The notes under the pieces: model-generated
Told to the model about the DNA's origin: nothing
The model's database searches: none
The model's input: the letters and a program-made list of their open reading frames with translations, nothing else
Position numbers and translations under genes: made by a program
NCBI GenBank assembly: GCA_964255285.1
Contig: CAXUUL010000102.1
Coordinates: forward strand, 1 to 32,571
DNA: 32,571 bases
Direction: 5' to 3'
Origin: Ionaspis alba
Lineage: Eukaryota
Part shown: positions 11,364 through 24,366 of the stretch, piece after piece
How positions within the stretch are numbered: position 1 is the first letter of the stretch
Layout of the letters: the number at the start of each line of letters is the position of its first letter

Positions 11364-11803
11364 TTTCCGTCACAGATTTTGGGCAAGTAAGGCTCGTGAA
11401 GACTGAACCATCCGGGAATACATTCCAGGGTGAGGATTGTATTGATTTCTCTCGTGAGGACGAGAGTCAAAGTAACGTTTCGAGCATAACAGGAACAAAT
11501 CGTAAACGAGGTGCCTTAATGAAGTCAGATCTATATGACGTTCAATTCACAAGCGAATGAACTCGCCGCTCCAATAATCTTCCCGCTTCCGTTCGCTTAA
11601 GCATAATATCCCGCAGAACTTCTCAGGCGTGTTTGGACAGAAAACGCCCTATAAGCTAGACCAGATGATTTGAGATTTGTCGCTTTGAGATTGACAGTGA
11701 TAAAGCTTTTGTGCAGCAGACATCACTGACTCTACCGCGCTACTTGACTACTGCTCGGAAGTTGTGTACCTACCCTACGAGCTCATACCCCGAATAGGAC
11801 CAG

Positions 11804-12316
11804 ATGGCAAAAGGTCTGCGGTCAAGCACGAAGAAGGCAAACAAAACGAAACTACGCGCCAGGGTGTTCGGGCCAGTAGAGGACGCGCGGACGGAAAGAT
11901 TATCTGCAAAGTTACTCGAATTGGCTAGGAGACCTGGACCGACAAGAGACGAGGATATAAGGATGGAGGATCAGAACAAAGGTGTTATTCGTGTTAGCAA
12001 ACCAGTTCCGAAATCACATTACTGATGCCACGCATTGTAGAGTCGACGCAACAGGAGAAGGACGTCGACGCGGAGGGTAATTCCCTGCAGCCTGAAGGTG
12101 ATCATCTCGAAGCTTCATGTGGCATACAGGGAAAGGTGGAGCTGATGCATACCAGACATGGATATCGACCACGAATCTATAACGACAAAACCTCACCGTC
12201 CGTCGACTTCCGGTAGAATACAGAAAAGAAGACGAGGGAAGGCAACTGCCTCTATAATTTTTCCTGTTCACCAAAAAGGCAAGCGTCTTGGGGCACGGCG
12301 AAAGAACCGGAGATGA
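11804..12316 (+). CDS. DUF2423/UPF0642 small basic nucleolar-type protein; 3 exons
   Basis: The N-terminus MAKGLRSSTKKANKTKLRARVFGPVEDARTERLSAKLLELA is typical of DUF2423. The spliced C-terminus is DMDIDHES...GRIQKRRRGKATASIIFP...RRKNRR*. Confidence 0.82.
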
Positions 12317-12909
12317 GACACCGTGGACGCCATTAGAAGGGATGTCATCTCACGCTCTTGTGGAGTCCGTAACAATAGAATAGAATTGTGAAGTTCCACA
12401 GCAAGCGGAAGGGTTAAGGCGTACCGGCCTCTCAACGATACCGTAAGCGGAGAGGATGGCACTATATTGGCGCCAGATTTTGACTACTCGTGCGAGTTGC
12501 ACTCGGTTCCTCGCATCATCTGTGGGTATATAATCTACACGAGCTGCAGATGATAGTCTAGGCACAATAGATGCGAAGTAGAAGCAAACAAGTTGAATGA
12601 TTGAACGACGGGTCCTCAGACGCACATGTACTTGGCAACTTTCATTATATGTAGGGATGTAGATTTGAAGTGACTTCCTCGCTGCCGCGCGTGTACCTCG
12701 GTTCTTCCTCGAGACGGGCCCGAGTCTCCTTCAGTCCAATGCTTTTTTTGTGCATAAACAGTCCAAGGGACTGCGACATATGGTGCCTTGCTCTGCAGCT
12801 CCCTGTCATCAAGGCATAGAGTACAAGAGCCAGGAAAACACGCGTCGGACCAAAAATTTGCTGTACAACCACATGATATGGAGCACAAGCCTATCCAAAT
12901 CCTTCAATC

Positions 12910-15900
12910 ATGCCCTTCAATTTGGTGTCGACCACCTTGTTGGTGGTCGCTAATCTTCTCGTTCCTCTTGCAATCATGATTTTTGCCTCTGGTTTCTTCC
13001 CTTATAAGTCATTCATACCAGGTCGTGCTCATTTTGAGGCTGAGCAAGTTCAATTCGCTACGCGTTCTCCTTTCGATAAGGTTATCTTTATGGTGGTCGA
13101 CGCACTGCGCAGGTTCGCATTAGCCAAGGTCATCTTTCCCACTCAGACTAATGGTTTAGTGATTTTGTATATTCTAACGAATCTAACTTCCTTTATACTC
13201 AGGGGTATTTTTCTACGTGGTCCTCATTTGGTTCCATGCTTGTGGCTGACCTATACGAGCAGACTCATCAGATCAGGAGCAGCCCTTCCATTCACTGCCC
13301 ATGCCATGTCCCCAACCATCACCATGCCTCGCGTCAAGGCCATAACTACAGGATCTGTTCCCTCCTTTCTCGACGTGATCTTGAACTTCGCCGAGTCGGA
13401 CAAGTCATCTACCTTGGCAACTCAAGACACATGGCCTGCACAGTTAGCCGCCTTGCCAGGAGGAAAACTCCTGATGTATGGAGACGACACTTGGCTCAAA
13501 CTCTTTCCAAACACCTTTTCCCGTGCTGATGGTGCATCGAGCTTCTTTGTTTCGGTCAGTACTTTCCTGTGGGTACGATGTAATGTAGCTCAAGTCGTAG
13601 CAGCTGAGAGATCGATGCTAGGATTTTACTGAAGTGGATAACAACGTGACGAGACACATATCGCACGAGCTTGACCAGTCCGATTGGAATGGCATGATAC
13701 TGCATTATCTCGGTCTGGACCATATTGGTCATAAATCCGGGCCTCGAAGGTACCTTAGCATTCTTAGCTTCTCAAATTATATATCGGCTGATAAGTCGCT
13801 AGTCCTCATATGATGCCCAAGCAAGCAGAGATGGATGGCATAGTGAAACAGATTTACAGCGCAATAGAGTCCCAGCCTCATCTCAGGTCAACATTACTCG
13901 TACTTTGCGGAGACCACGGGATGACCAGTACCGGTAATCATGGAGGGTCTGCTGCAGGAGAGACGTCACCAGCCCTAGTCTTTATTTCTCCAAAAATCAA
14001 GACCATCTCCGATGGTTTTGATTGCCCTATCGAGAGCCAGCAAGGAGAGTTTCAGTATTACAAGGTCGTGGAGCAATCCGACATTGCACCTACTCTTGCC
14101 GGCCTCCTGGGGTTTCCAGTCCCCCTAAACAATCTGGGAGCTTTCATTCCAGAACTGCTGCTGTTCTGGTCAACTGGTGAACCGTATACCTTCCATCCAG
14201 CAAGCCCTTGACTGACTGATTGTGCGGACAGACGAGCAGATAAAGCTACTGCAGGAGAATGTCGATCAGGTTCTTGAGGTTGTCCGAGCCACCTTTGGCG
14301 ATGTGTTTCCCGGCAGGGGAGTGGTGTTATCAGACTGTACGCAGTCTACAACAAAACAGGATGACCTACGCTACCGGTGGAGATCAGTGCAAAGCCTGCT
14401 TAGCAATCACAAGGTACCTCCGAGTGATAGGATCAATGAGTTGGCCGAGGTAAGTCATTCAGTCCAATCAACCGGTACCTGAGCTCATAGCACTAAGTTT
14501 TTGCGTTTCGCCCGAGATACTATGAGCGATACTGCAAGTGACTACAATCTGCCCAAGCTCCAGGCTGGAATCATTGTTGCCGGGGCTGCATCTCTGGCAG
14601 CATTCTCTGCTTCTTTTTCTGCCATTCGGATACGCAATGTCGGGGCATCAATCCTCCCGTTGGCATATGGCGTCATGCTCTTTGCGAGTAGCTATGTCGA
14701 AGAGGAACACCACTTTTGGTATTGGGTATCGTCCGCATGGATCTTGTGGCTGTTCTTTGCGCTGTATGATATTATCAGCCTGCGAATCCTGGCCAGTAGC
14801 TAACAGGGTGAGAGTAGTTCACTACGCGGAAGCAGGACTCGTACCGCTCGGGCAGGCTTTTTGATCGCTTTATTGGCCATCTCCCGGCTTGTGCATCGCT
14901 GGAATCAGACAGGTCAGAAACATGCTGCAGATCCTGACATAGGGAGAACGTTCATGACTAAACATAACTTGATCCTCTGGGGTCTTGTAACGATAGCATT
15001 CTTAGACCTTGCTCGCCGCTTGGCTCTTTATGGGCTACCACGAGCACCACGCCAAGTCTCCAGCATTGTAGCGGTTGCGTTGTGTCTCTCGGCTGTTGGT
15101 TTCAAAGTGGCATTCACGAAAGCCGATGCCCCTGAGCTATTGAGCGATGTGCCCCAGTACGTCTTAACACCTATGGTGGAAACGCCACTGGTCACACATG
15201 TCCGGACAATATTCCTTGGAATCACCTTATCATTGGTGTATGGCTGCTTCCAACGAGTTTACTGGACATCACAATCAAGAGCAACCAGGCTTGGTTCGTG
15301 AATATATTCCGCCGAAAAACAAGTCTTCGCTCGCTAAAGTTTACAGGGGTTGAATGGGCCGTTCATGACCTCCTCACGGTCTTTTTAGTAACGCAGAGCA
15401 GAGCCAACAACATCCCTCTTTTCCTGCTCTTCCATCTGGAGCTTCAAATTCTCGGCTCGCTCGATCTCCATCCGGAAGAAATATCAATAACTTCGTTGAT
15501 ATTCCAACACACTTCGTTTTTCGCATTCGGGGGGTCCAACGCCATCTCTTCCATTGATCTCTCCAACGCTTACAATGGAATCACCGGCTACAACGTCCTC
15601 GGCGTGGGTGCCTTAACATTCATCAGTAACTGGGTAGGACCAATCTGGTGGGCATCGGCGGCTGTTCAGCTCATATTGTACGGACCGTATTCGGAGCAGA
15701 AGAATGTCTTTCGGCACCATGTCTCCTTGCTCACCACCTTCACCGCCAGCAGTATATTCTTCGTCATGCTTGCGTGCACCTCGCTCCGAACGCATTTGTT
15801 CATCTGGACGGTCTTCTCACCGAAATTTCTCTATAGCATGGCTTGGGCCTTGGGACAGCACCTCTGCATAAACATCGCCATGAGTAGTCTCCTGTATTGG

Positions 15901-15930
15901 GTAGGTTCAGGGGGGATAGTTGATATGTAG
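12910..15930 (+). CDS. GPI7: GPI ethanolamine-phosphate transferase 2 (PIG-G/Gpi7); about 9 exons
   Basis: FASGFFPYK, FDKVIFMVVDALRSDF, PTITMPRVKAITTGSVPSFLDVILNF, LHYLGLDHIGHK, LCGDHGMTSTGNHGGS, QSDIAPTLAGL, FASSYVEEEHHFWYW, GGSNAISSIDLSNAYNG, LRTHLFIWTVFSPKFLY. Confidence 0.94.
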
Positions 15931-16035
15931 ATAGTTGTACTGTAGCCGAGAGCTCGAATGCATAGCACCTGCAAACAGGTGGGTAACATCAATAAAATTG
16001 TTGCCACCACAGTAGAAGCACAATACGCAGGGCGG

Positions 16036-16738
16036 TTATCGAAGTCCACTGAATATATCGTCGATGGCGTTCTTGCCTTTACGCTTTCGCTTCTTGGTAG
16101 GCTGGTCCTCAGACCCTTGCTCGTCTTCTGCTCCAACAGATCGATGTTCACTCCGGGAATGAGCTTTACCCCCACGAACGGTCTCAAGCACAGATCGATC
16201 GTCTGCAGAGTGACTGCTCATTTGCGTTTCCTCCAATCTCACGGTCAAAACATCAGAAACGGGGCCCTGTCTTGATACACGTTCTCCCATATCCTCCCGG
16301 GGCATCTTCAGCTCGAGGTCGATTGGAGTCGGAGCATTAGATCTTTCGACGACTATACTACCCGGCGAACGAATTTTCGGTAAAACTGCGTTGATACGCG
16401 CAAGATTGGCCAGAAGAGCAAGTCCCAATCCGGCGAATTGTCCGTCCGAGACTACTTGGAAGAAATTTCTGCACCTGGCTGAGCAGGGAGGTCATGGACA
16501 AATGGGAGGCGAAAACTCACAGATAGCATTTCGGGAGTAGCGTGGCATGTAGGTAGCGTACTCTAGCATCTACTCGGACATGCTGTGTAGTTTTGAGTTC
16601 ATCGAGTAGTTTCATGATACACCGTCTAAGCATCGCGAACCACCGCCACCATTTGGCCAGACGATGTTGATTTTTGTTTCGATGGTAAAGTAGATGCAGC
16701 AGTCTGAGGGCATCTTCTAGTTGGAATGTGTCATGCAT
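16036..16738 (-). CDS. RMP1: RNase MRP protein subunit Rmp1-like; 2 exons
   Basis: LHLLYHRNKNQHRLAKWWRWFAMLRR...LPKCYL|NFFQVVSDGQFAGLGLALLANLARI...EDMGERVSR...KKRKRKGKNAIDDIFSGL, the characteristic Rmp1 motifs. Confidence 0.85.
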
Positions 16739-16868
16739 CGAATAATCTTCATTATTTGAGAATGAGGATATTTGACCACTTATCTGGGCTTAGCGAACAT
16801 GGAAGCTGATCCCACAAATTCAACGTCACGTGGTAGGACGAGTCCAATTTGCAAGAAAGCTCAATCTC

Positions 16869-17078
16869 AGCTATTTTACACACTATCTATCTTCAATAAT
16901 CAAAGAAAGTGTCTCTAGCTACANNNNNNNNNNNNNNNNNNNNNNNNNNNNNNNNNNNNNNNNNNNNNNNNNNNNNNNNNNNNNNNNNNNNNNNNNNNNN
17001 NNNNNNNNNNNNNNNNNNNNNNNAGCTATTTTACACACTATCTATCTTCAATAATCAAAGAAAGTGTCTCTAGCTACA
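16869..17078. other. Scaffold gap (100 N, 16924-17023) with a 55-bp exact duplication on both sides; likely assembly artefact
   Basis: 16869-16923 is identical to 17024-17078. Confidence 0.9.
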
Positions 17079-17406
17079 CCAGCAAAGGTCTGTTCCATCT
17101 CCAAGTACCATACATCTGGCAATCATTGTAGCTCAAGAAGCAAAGACGAGAAGGACATCGGCAACAAAAGCACAGGTCAAAAAAGACCGCTCAGATGTAC
17201 AGCCATGCGAAGCTCCTTGCAAGACCCTCCAAACAACCTCATATACAACCGAGATGCTTTCCTTCCGACTTTTCGGCTTTCACCAATGGGCCGACCAATT
17301 CGAGCTTTTCCCAATCATCCATCCACCAGCAAAGGTATGCCATCACCAGGCACGGACCAGAATTGCAACTGTGAGGAGAAGCGACTAGAAGATCCGAGGG
17401 AGGCCT

Positions 17407-20377
17407 TCAGTAATCTCGAAGCTGGGAGCTCCCATAGTCATGAAATTGACGAGGGGATGGCATAGGCCTTGAATGACTGAAAGCACCCCGGTGATCAAAC
17501 TCGTCGTAGTCATATGAATCCTCGATCTCCGCCAGACGTGTGCCGCGGTCATACTGAGACCGACGACGGCGTTGTTCATCTCGAAAGTGCTGCCCTGCAC
17601 GAGGTGCGAACAACCCTGACAAATGTTATCAACGTTGAAGCCCTGACTATAAGACTTCTGGTATCCACTTACCAACATGCTCGGCGTTCTCAACACTTCG
17701 GCGCATCTTGGAAGGATTATCGGGTCCAGGAAACTTGTCCTCCTTGCCGGCCAAGTCAGTCGGTCCGGTATGGAAGATCTTGAAGCTGTCAGCGACAGCC
17801 TTAGAACCAATTCGAACCTTTTACAAACCTTGGGACGGAAGGATGGATGTTCAAGCATAACGGAGCTGTTTCGAAACTTTTGAACGAGGCAATCCTTTCC
17901 TTGAATGGCTGGAGGCACGCGTTCAGTCGTTTTCGTCTTGCAGTTGGGTATACTTACTAGCGTAGGAAACTTCGGCAACCTTGTCACTGTTGAAGCGATT
18001 CCTGCAAGCCGGTCAGCCAAGTTCCCTCCGAAAATGGCAGCATGCATTACCAGCGATGACCTGCACGAGCCTTGACAAACTAGTGTACGTAGAGGTGAGC
18101 CAATTGAAGTCAACAACAGCTATACTGTTGTCACATACGTTGATGATGAACCAGGGCTGGTCCAAGTTAGCCACGGGCCAGCAATCAAGCAGATCATTCT
18201 CCGGAACTCACATCTTCAAAATTGATGAAGGCGTATCCGACACTACGCATGTTAAGGTGATTTTCGTTGGCCGAAGCACCAGGGACCGGGTACATACTTG
18301 CAGTTGTTCGCAAAGTCTAAGCCAGATGATCAGCATTACAAACGTCTTGGGACTTGTGACCACACACCTATACGAAGATACATGAAATCGTACTGTCCGT
18401 AGCTTGTTTCATCCACGATGTCCTTAAGCATAGACTAGTTCTCGCTCAGCGTGTGCTTCCCCAGTCTGCAAATTGGAAAATAGTACCTGATCGATCTTGT
18501 TGGGGATGTTTCGCAGCATGATCTGGGAACGTAATGAGTGCCCACGCCACAAGATGGAACACTTTGGATCTCTCACCGTGGTGCGAACATCCAGCCCATG
18601 ACGGATACGCTCGACATCAACAACATTGTGATGACCAGAGGCATAGTCATTAGTTTGTCGAGGAACTTGTTTCTGGAGAAGACGTTGCTGATGGCCGACA
18701 GGACCGGCGCGAGGACGCACGAAGGGAGGTACGGCGCGGTGTTGTTCAGCTACGCTGGGTTTGTATGATGGCAATGGGATCAGCGGCATGCCGAAAGCTG
18801 GAATACCCAACGGCAGCACTCCATAAGGATTGCCGCCTGTCTCAATTCCAAATCTCGGGTCATAGGCGAGCGGTGAGACGTTCGGTACGTAATTCTGATA
18901 CGTTGGCTGGGCGGCAACTGGATTGCTGATGGGATGAGAAGAGTTGGAAGCTAGCATGCGCTGCCTTTTCCCAACTGTGTCAATCTGCGAAGACTCGGAC
19001 GTACCGCCAAGGCTCAAGTGCCTCAAGCTATCGTCGAAATCTCCATCATCTTGGCCGATAATCAGTGGACTACGAAGACTGGATACTGCCTCATTTCCAG
19101 CCGAAAGGTCTGGACTGTATTGCCCCACGGTAAGTTGAACGGCCTGACAGAGGTTAACATTTGTAGGTTGATTCGAAGGCGTTATCAATCAAAGCTTACG
19201 GCAAGTTTGAACCCGTTGAGCTGGGTTACCGCCTTCTCGGCTGACGTGGTGTCGTAGAACTCAGCGCGAAGGGTCACGTTGGGAAAGTTAGCAAGACCAA
19301 CTTGGCAAGTCATGAGATCGCCGAAGTTCTCCAGAATATCTTTGACCAAGCAGACAATGGTTCCCATGTCGAAAGTGTGTCGGTCGCCAGTGTAAAAGGC
19401 AGTCACGAAGATGTGACCTTCGAAATCCGAGGTACGAGCTAATTCCTGGGGCTTGTAGTTGAGCATGAAGTCCTTTGCACGGATGAATTGCACACGCCAC
19501 TCTAGCTGGCAACATTGCAATGCCGAGAAGGCCTGACGAGCATCACGCAAGTCAGTGTACTTGACATAGATGATACCACGATTAGCCAGGTCGGTGATGA
19601 CAATGAGCTTTGGAACTGAGAAACTCAGGTTCTAGAGCTCGTGATTAGTACATGTACAGCTTTGATAAGAAGAGTGCTCACGCCGAAAATGCCATTAAGC
19701 TGTTGGGGCGACGTCTGCGTAGATACTTGGCTGATTTTAAAGTATCTCGAGCAGTCGATCCCCGCAAGACACGGTCCTGCAGACGAACCATCTGCATTTG
19801 AAGATGGACTGCTCAGGGTACCGGGTGCCGGTGGACCTATAGGGGGCAAGATGACTCCTCCTGGATACGATAGGAGATTCTGAGGTGGCTTCCGGTGCAA
19901 TGGAGCTGAGTCGGGAACCGATGTAGCATTCAGGTACGCCACTCCTAGGTGTTGAGAAGCTGCATTCGAAGTTGGCGGCCCGAAGGCAGAGACCTGAGAC
20001 CCGTTGACAATGGTGAGTTCAGATGTCGGCTGCAGTGGCGTGAAAGTGGCAGCGGTAGGAGAAAGCTTTGGTCCAGTCACAGCACCTGGATCTGCCATAC
20101 CCACATTGGATGTGCTGGAAGTAAAAGGATCCTGGGCTCCTTGAATGGCCGAGCGAGCCTTACCATTGGGACTGAGCTTCATCGGAACACCTTGCAGAGC
20201 AAATGTTGGAGGGAGATTGACCTTCATCCCGCCGGCAGTGACAGATTTTGGCTCAGCACGGCAATCCTCCGGGGAGAACTCAGTGAGCTTAGTTCCGGGA
20301 GTGCCATGATGAGACTCTATGTCTACGGACGAAGGAGAGGAGCTGGCCGAGAGGGTGGCAGAGTGTTGATTGGACAT
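17407..20377 (-). CDS. mei2: Mei2-like RNA-binding protein (degenerate N-terminal RRMs plus C-terminal RRM3/RRM_2); about 13 exons
   Basis: Spliced RRM3: GLDVRTT|IMLRNIPNKIDQ|SMLKDIVDETSYGQYDFMYLRI|DFANNCN|VGYAFINFED|PWFIIN|FVKARAGHRW|NRFNSDKVAEVSYA|TIQGKDCLVQKFRNSSVMLEHPSFRPK|IFHTGP...MRRSVENAEHVG|LFAPRAG. Confidence 0.9.
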
Positions 20378-20519
20378 CTTCAACGCACTTGGTCTTGCTC
20401 ACGCCTTGACCAGGTAACAACGCAATAGAGATCAAATTGTACAGAAGAACTTGAGCTGACACCTTAAACAGAAGGTGACAATGGGTAGTGAGAGACACGG
20501 TAAGAGTGAGAAGATGTAG

Positions 20520-20780
20520 ACGAAGTCTCAATTGGCAGGAGGACACCGTAAGGTGCTCAACACAACGTAACAACGCGATGAAGGAGGGAGTGAAGGAGGT
20601 AGAAGAGTGAGTGGAAGTGGCGAAGATGAGGAAGGCAAGGGGATGAAGACGAAAGATTGCAGATGACCAAGATGAGATGAGGTGACCAAGAAGAAAGAAA
20701 AGGTAAGGAGAGAAGGAAAGACCAAGAGAAGAGAGAAGACCAGAGAGGAAGGTAAAGGCGAAGAGGAAGGGACAGCCCGG
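20520..20780 (-). promoter_or_regulatory. Long CT-rich (polypyrimidine) tract upstream of the Mei2-like ATG; CT-box / 5' leader
   Basis: The plus strand is strongly GA-rich (gaagaaagaaaaggtaaggagagaaggaaagaccaagagaagagagaag). CT-rich stretches commonly mark fungal TSS regions. Confidence 0.55.
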
Positions 20781-21366
20781 AGCTAGATGAAGACTAGTCC
20801 CAAGTCGACAATTACCAGCCTCCCCTTCACAGTAGTCGCGACCTCGTCGTCACGCAAGGTAAGGCTTAGCTTAACCCTAGATTTGAAGCGGTGGGATTCT
20901 GCAAAAACTTGATGCCAGGAACGTGAGCAGAGGCTGAGACATGTATTGATCGACCCTCCGCGTTTAATCCCAGGCAGACTTGTTCGATCTGCTCATCATA
21001 TGCCCTTCTTGTGCGAAAATGGTTCATGTGCTCTGCAAGAAGCGGATCTAATCACCACCTCCATAGGGCTGGATGCGCGGAGTGTTGGGCTTCTAGCCCT
21101 CTTCATGTGTGTAGTGAATACAATTTCGGTGCTAGCTGCATGATGCTCGTTCGATCTTCCTGGCTTGCTTGAATAGATTCAATGACCTCAGTCGTTGATG
21201 ACTTGCTCGATGTTTCCACTCTGGACTTAGGTAGAAAGTCAACTGCTCTGGCCTGACGGACAAACGTAACGCAGCATATCACCATAGACCTTTTCATTCA
21301 TGTAGCATGTAATTTCAAGCATGAGGTCCTCGGATGAACTCCGTTAGCCGGACATTGATTGCCTTC

Positions 21367-21540
21367 TCTCCCTGGTGACGCGATCTCTACGCGTGAGGTG
21401 GAGNNNNNNNNNNNNNNNNNNNNNNNNNNNNNNNNNNNNNNNNNNNNNNNNNNNNNNNNNNNNNNNNNNNNNNNNNNNNNNNNNNNNNNNNNNNNNNNNN
21501 NNNTCTCCCTGGTGACGCGATCTCTACGCGTGAGGTGGAG
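21367..21540. other. Scaffold gap (100 N, 21404-21503) with a 37-bp exact duplication on both sides; likely assembly artefact
   Basis: 21367-21403 is identical to 21504-21540. Confidence 0.9.
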
Positions 21541-21800
21541 CGACATGAAAATATCTAGCTAGACCTTACATATCTTGGCTTCGAGTTTCGGCAGATCTTG
21601 CCGAGGTCAACATCGGCCAAAGAGATGCCAAGCCCGGTGCTCTCGATTCAAGTTACGGGGCAGGCCGTGCCGACACCAAATCAATGCCGCCAAAACACCA
21701 ACGACTCCAGGCAACCGTTCGACTACCTGTAAAATGTCTTTCTTTTGACTGACGCACCGTCGGCTACCTTATAATTCAAGAAAGTACATGGGAAAAGACC

Positions 21801-24156
21801 ATGCCGGCGGTGCTCGACCCTCGGAGCGAATTGGACCATCTGGTGCAGCAGGTAAGTAAGTCGGACTCGATCTCTGGTCCGGGACGATCCTGACCTCTGC
21901 CAGATTGTTCTCGCGCCTTCCGACAACGAGTACTTCGATCAGCTCATCCCCGCGATCAAGGATGCTAGCAAGGATGGCAGGGGGTATCAGCTCCTTCAGT
22001 GCCTCTCCCAGTTCTCTGACGACCGTGAGTCGGAGATCGAGAGGATCTGCAATACGAACCACCAAGACTTCACTTCCTCCGTCAATCAGCTTCTACGAGT
22101 CCGAGAGGGTACTGTCAAACTCACCTCGGAGATTCAGAACCTCAACCAGGCAATTCAATCGAGCACAGAAAAACTTGCGGAACAGAAGAAGGCTCTGGTC
22201 GAGTCGCGAGGGATCCGTCAGAACATAGACGAGACCACGCGAGCGTTGAATGACTGTTTGGAAGTTCTGCGCCTCGCCAATCAGGTGCATGATCTTCTAG
22301 CCAAGAAGAGCCATTACGCTGCCCTCAGGGCCCTCGACGAATTGCAGAACGTGCATCTTCGGGAGATCACGCAGTACAAGATTGCGGAGATGATCCAGAA
22401 GTCCGTACCGGCCACCAAGAAACTCATTGCGGATGCAGTCATGACAGATCTCAATACCTGGCTCTTTCGCATACGGGAGACCTCGCAGTTCCTGGGCGAA
22501 GTAGCATTCTACCACACAGAACAGCGGCGGACTCGCCTGAAGGATCGGGCCGAGAAGTTCAGTTATCTGGGCACCTTTAAGCTCAACTCAGCCATCGAGT
22601 TGGTTTCCGACGAAAATGTAGAGTTCGACACCCTCGATAACGAGGACGTTCAGGTCGATTTCACTCCCTTGTTTGAATGTCTACACATCCACGATGCATT
22701 GGGTCAGACAGAGAGATTTCGTGCGGATTATGCGGCAACCAGAAGGCAGCAGAAGGAGCTCCTGATGCCAGCTTCCATTACCTTGATTGACTCGGAAGAA
22801 TCGAGCCTCAGTGAATTACTTGAAGGTATTGCCGGATTCGCTATCGTGGAAAAAGCCACGATGAAGAAAGCCCCCGGTCTACGCTCGACGGCGGATGTGG
22901 ATGAGCTTTGGGACTCTATGTGTCAGGCAGCGATTGGTCTCATTGCGAAAGCTTTGCATGAAGTTGATAATGCTGAGATACTCCTCAAGATCAAAGGGGT
23001 CGTAGCTCTCTTCATCCAAACCATGGAGTCTTGGGGCTATCCTGTGGGTGCTCTGGACACTTTCTTGCTGACGCTATTCGACAAGTATGCCGAGTTGCTC
23101 AAAAGAAGGTTCAGCGATGATTTCCAAGAGATCGTTTCGACCGACGACTACATGCCCATGCCGATTAACAACATAGATGAATACGATAAGGTGGTGAATG
23201 TTAGTTGGTATACTCCGGATAAAGCACGCGATGATTTGAGGTTTCCATGCGTCCTGCCGTTCTCTCAGATGTACCCCCTATGCTGCATCGACATTCGAAA
23301 CTTCTTGAATCAATTTTACTTCTTTTCGGACGATCATTTTCAACAGCCAAGGGTCATTGACGATACACTCAAGGCTTCACTGGATGAACTTCTCTCGGAG
23401 AAAGTGTGCAAATCACTGGTCGAACGACTCAGCTCGCAGTACCTCGGTCAAATAGTCCAGATCCTCATCAACCTGGAGCATTTCGAGACAGCATGTCAGG
23501 AACTGGAGCTGTTGCTTGTAGCCGCAAGGTCTTCAAGCTCCGCAGGCGGAAGTATTGTGCTGAATGCAACGGACAATTTCCGCAGCAACAAGAAGACGGC
23601 CGAGAAGCGCATTTTCGAATTGGTCAACTCCAAGATCGATGACTTGATCGAGACGGCGGAATATGATTGGACTGCCCACATTCTCGAAAGGGAGGCCAGC
23701 AATTACATGCAAACCCTGACCCAATACCTCTCCAATATCATGACAACGGTTCTCCTCGGCCTGCCAACAGAGATCAAGGAACTGATCTACTTCGATGCAT
23801 TGAGCCACGCAGCTACCATGATCCTATCCTTGCCCTTGTCGTCCGAAGTGAAGCGGATCAATCCGAACGGCGTCGCTGCTCTTGCCAAGGACGTTCGCTA
23901 CCTCTCTGACTTTGTCGACACCCTTGGGAATCCGATACTGCAGGAAACACTTGACGAATTGCAGCAAACGGTCATGTTGATGCAAGCGGACAATTCGGAT
24001 GAATTCTACGATATCTCGACAAGGAACAAGAAGTACGGGCGAGTCGATGCAATGAACGGGCCGCTACTGCTCGAAAAGCTCACATACAGCGTGCAGAGTC
24101 CCACCAGAGCTGAGAAACTTACAGGCGCGTTCTCTTCGAAATTTGGCTACCACTAA
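21801..24156 (+). CDS. SEC15: Exocyst subunit Sec15; 2 exons (intron 21852-21903)
   Basis: MPAVLDPRSELDHLVQQ|IVLAPSDNEYFDQLIPAIKDA...IERICNTNHQDF...VDFTPLFECLHIHDALG...DDYMPMPI...LPFSQMYPLCC...QIVQILINLEHFETAC...KRIFELVNSKIDDLIETAEYDW. Confidence 0.93.
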
Positions 24157-24366
24157 AATCCCCCTGCTCCAATGGCTATTTTCGTTTCCTACAGCAACGG
24201 GAGACGTGCAACCACATCCCCATCTATCAGAAAGCCATACCGAAAAGCAGGCACAGGTGTCTGTCACGTTCTTTAATTACGCCAAACACCTCGGGCGTTT
24301 GGAAGAAAACGGCTATTGACAAGAAGCTCATAGACTCGGAACATTCTTAGAGCTGCAGATCTAATT

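Noticed and set aside
16869..17078. Direct repeats flanking N gaps as target-site duplications or LTRs
   Set aside because: Exact duplications abut fixed 100-N placeholders, which is the typical signature of unmerged contig overlaps. No transposase or terminal repeats are present.
17385..18116. 243-aa minus-strand ORF in the track
   Set aside because: It is a read-through of several Mei2-like exons and introns; only the IQGKDCLVQKFRNSSV segment is real coding frame.
21579..21605. Near-palindrome TCGGCAGATCTTGCCGA (CGG-N9-CCG) upstream of SEC15
   Set aside because: It could be a Zn2Cys6 site, but a single short palindrome cannot be assigned from sequence alone.
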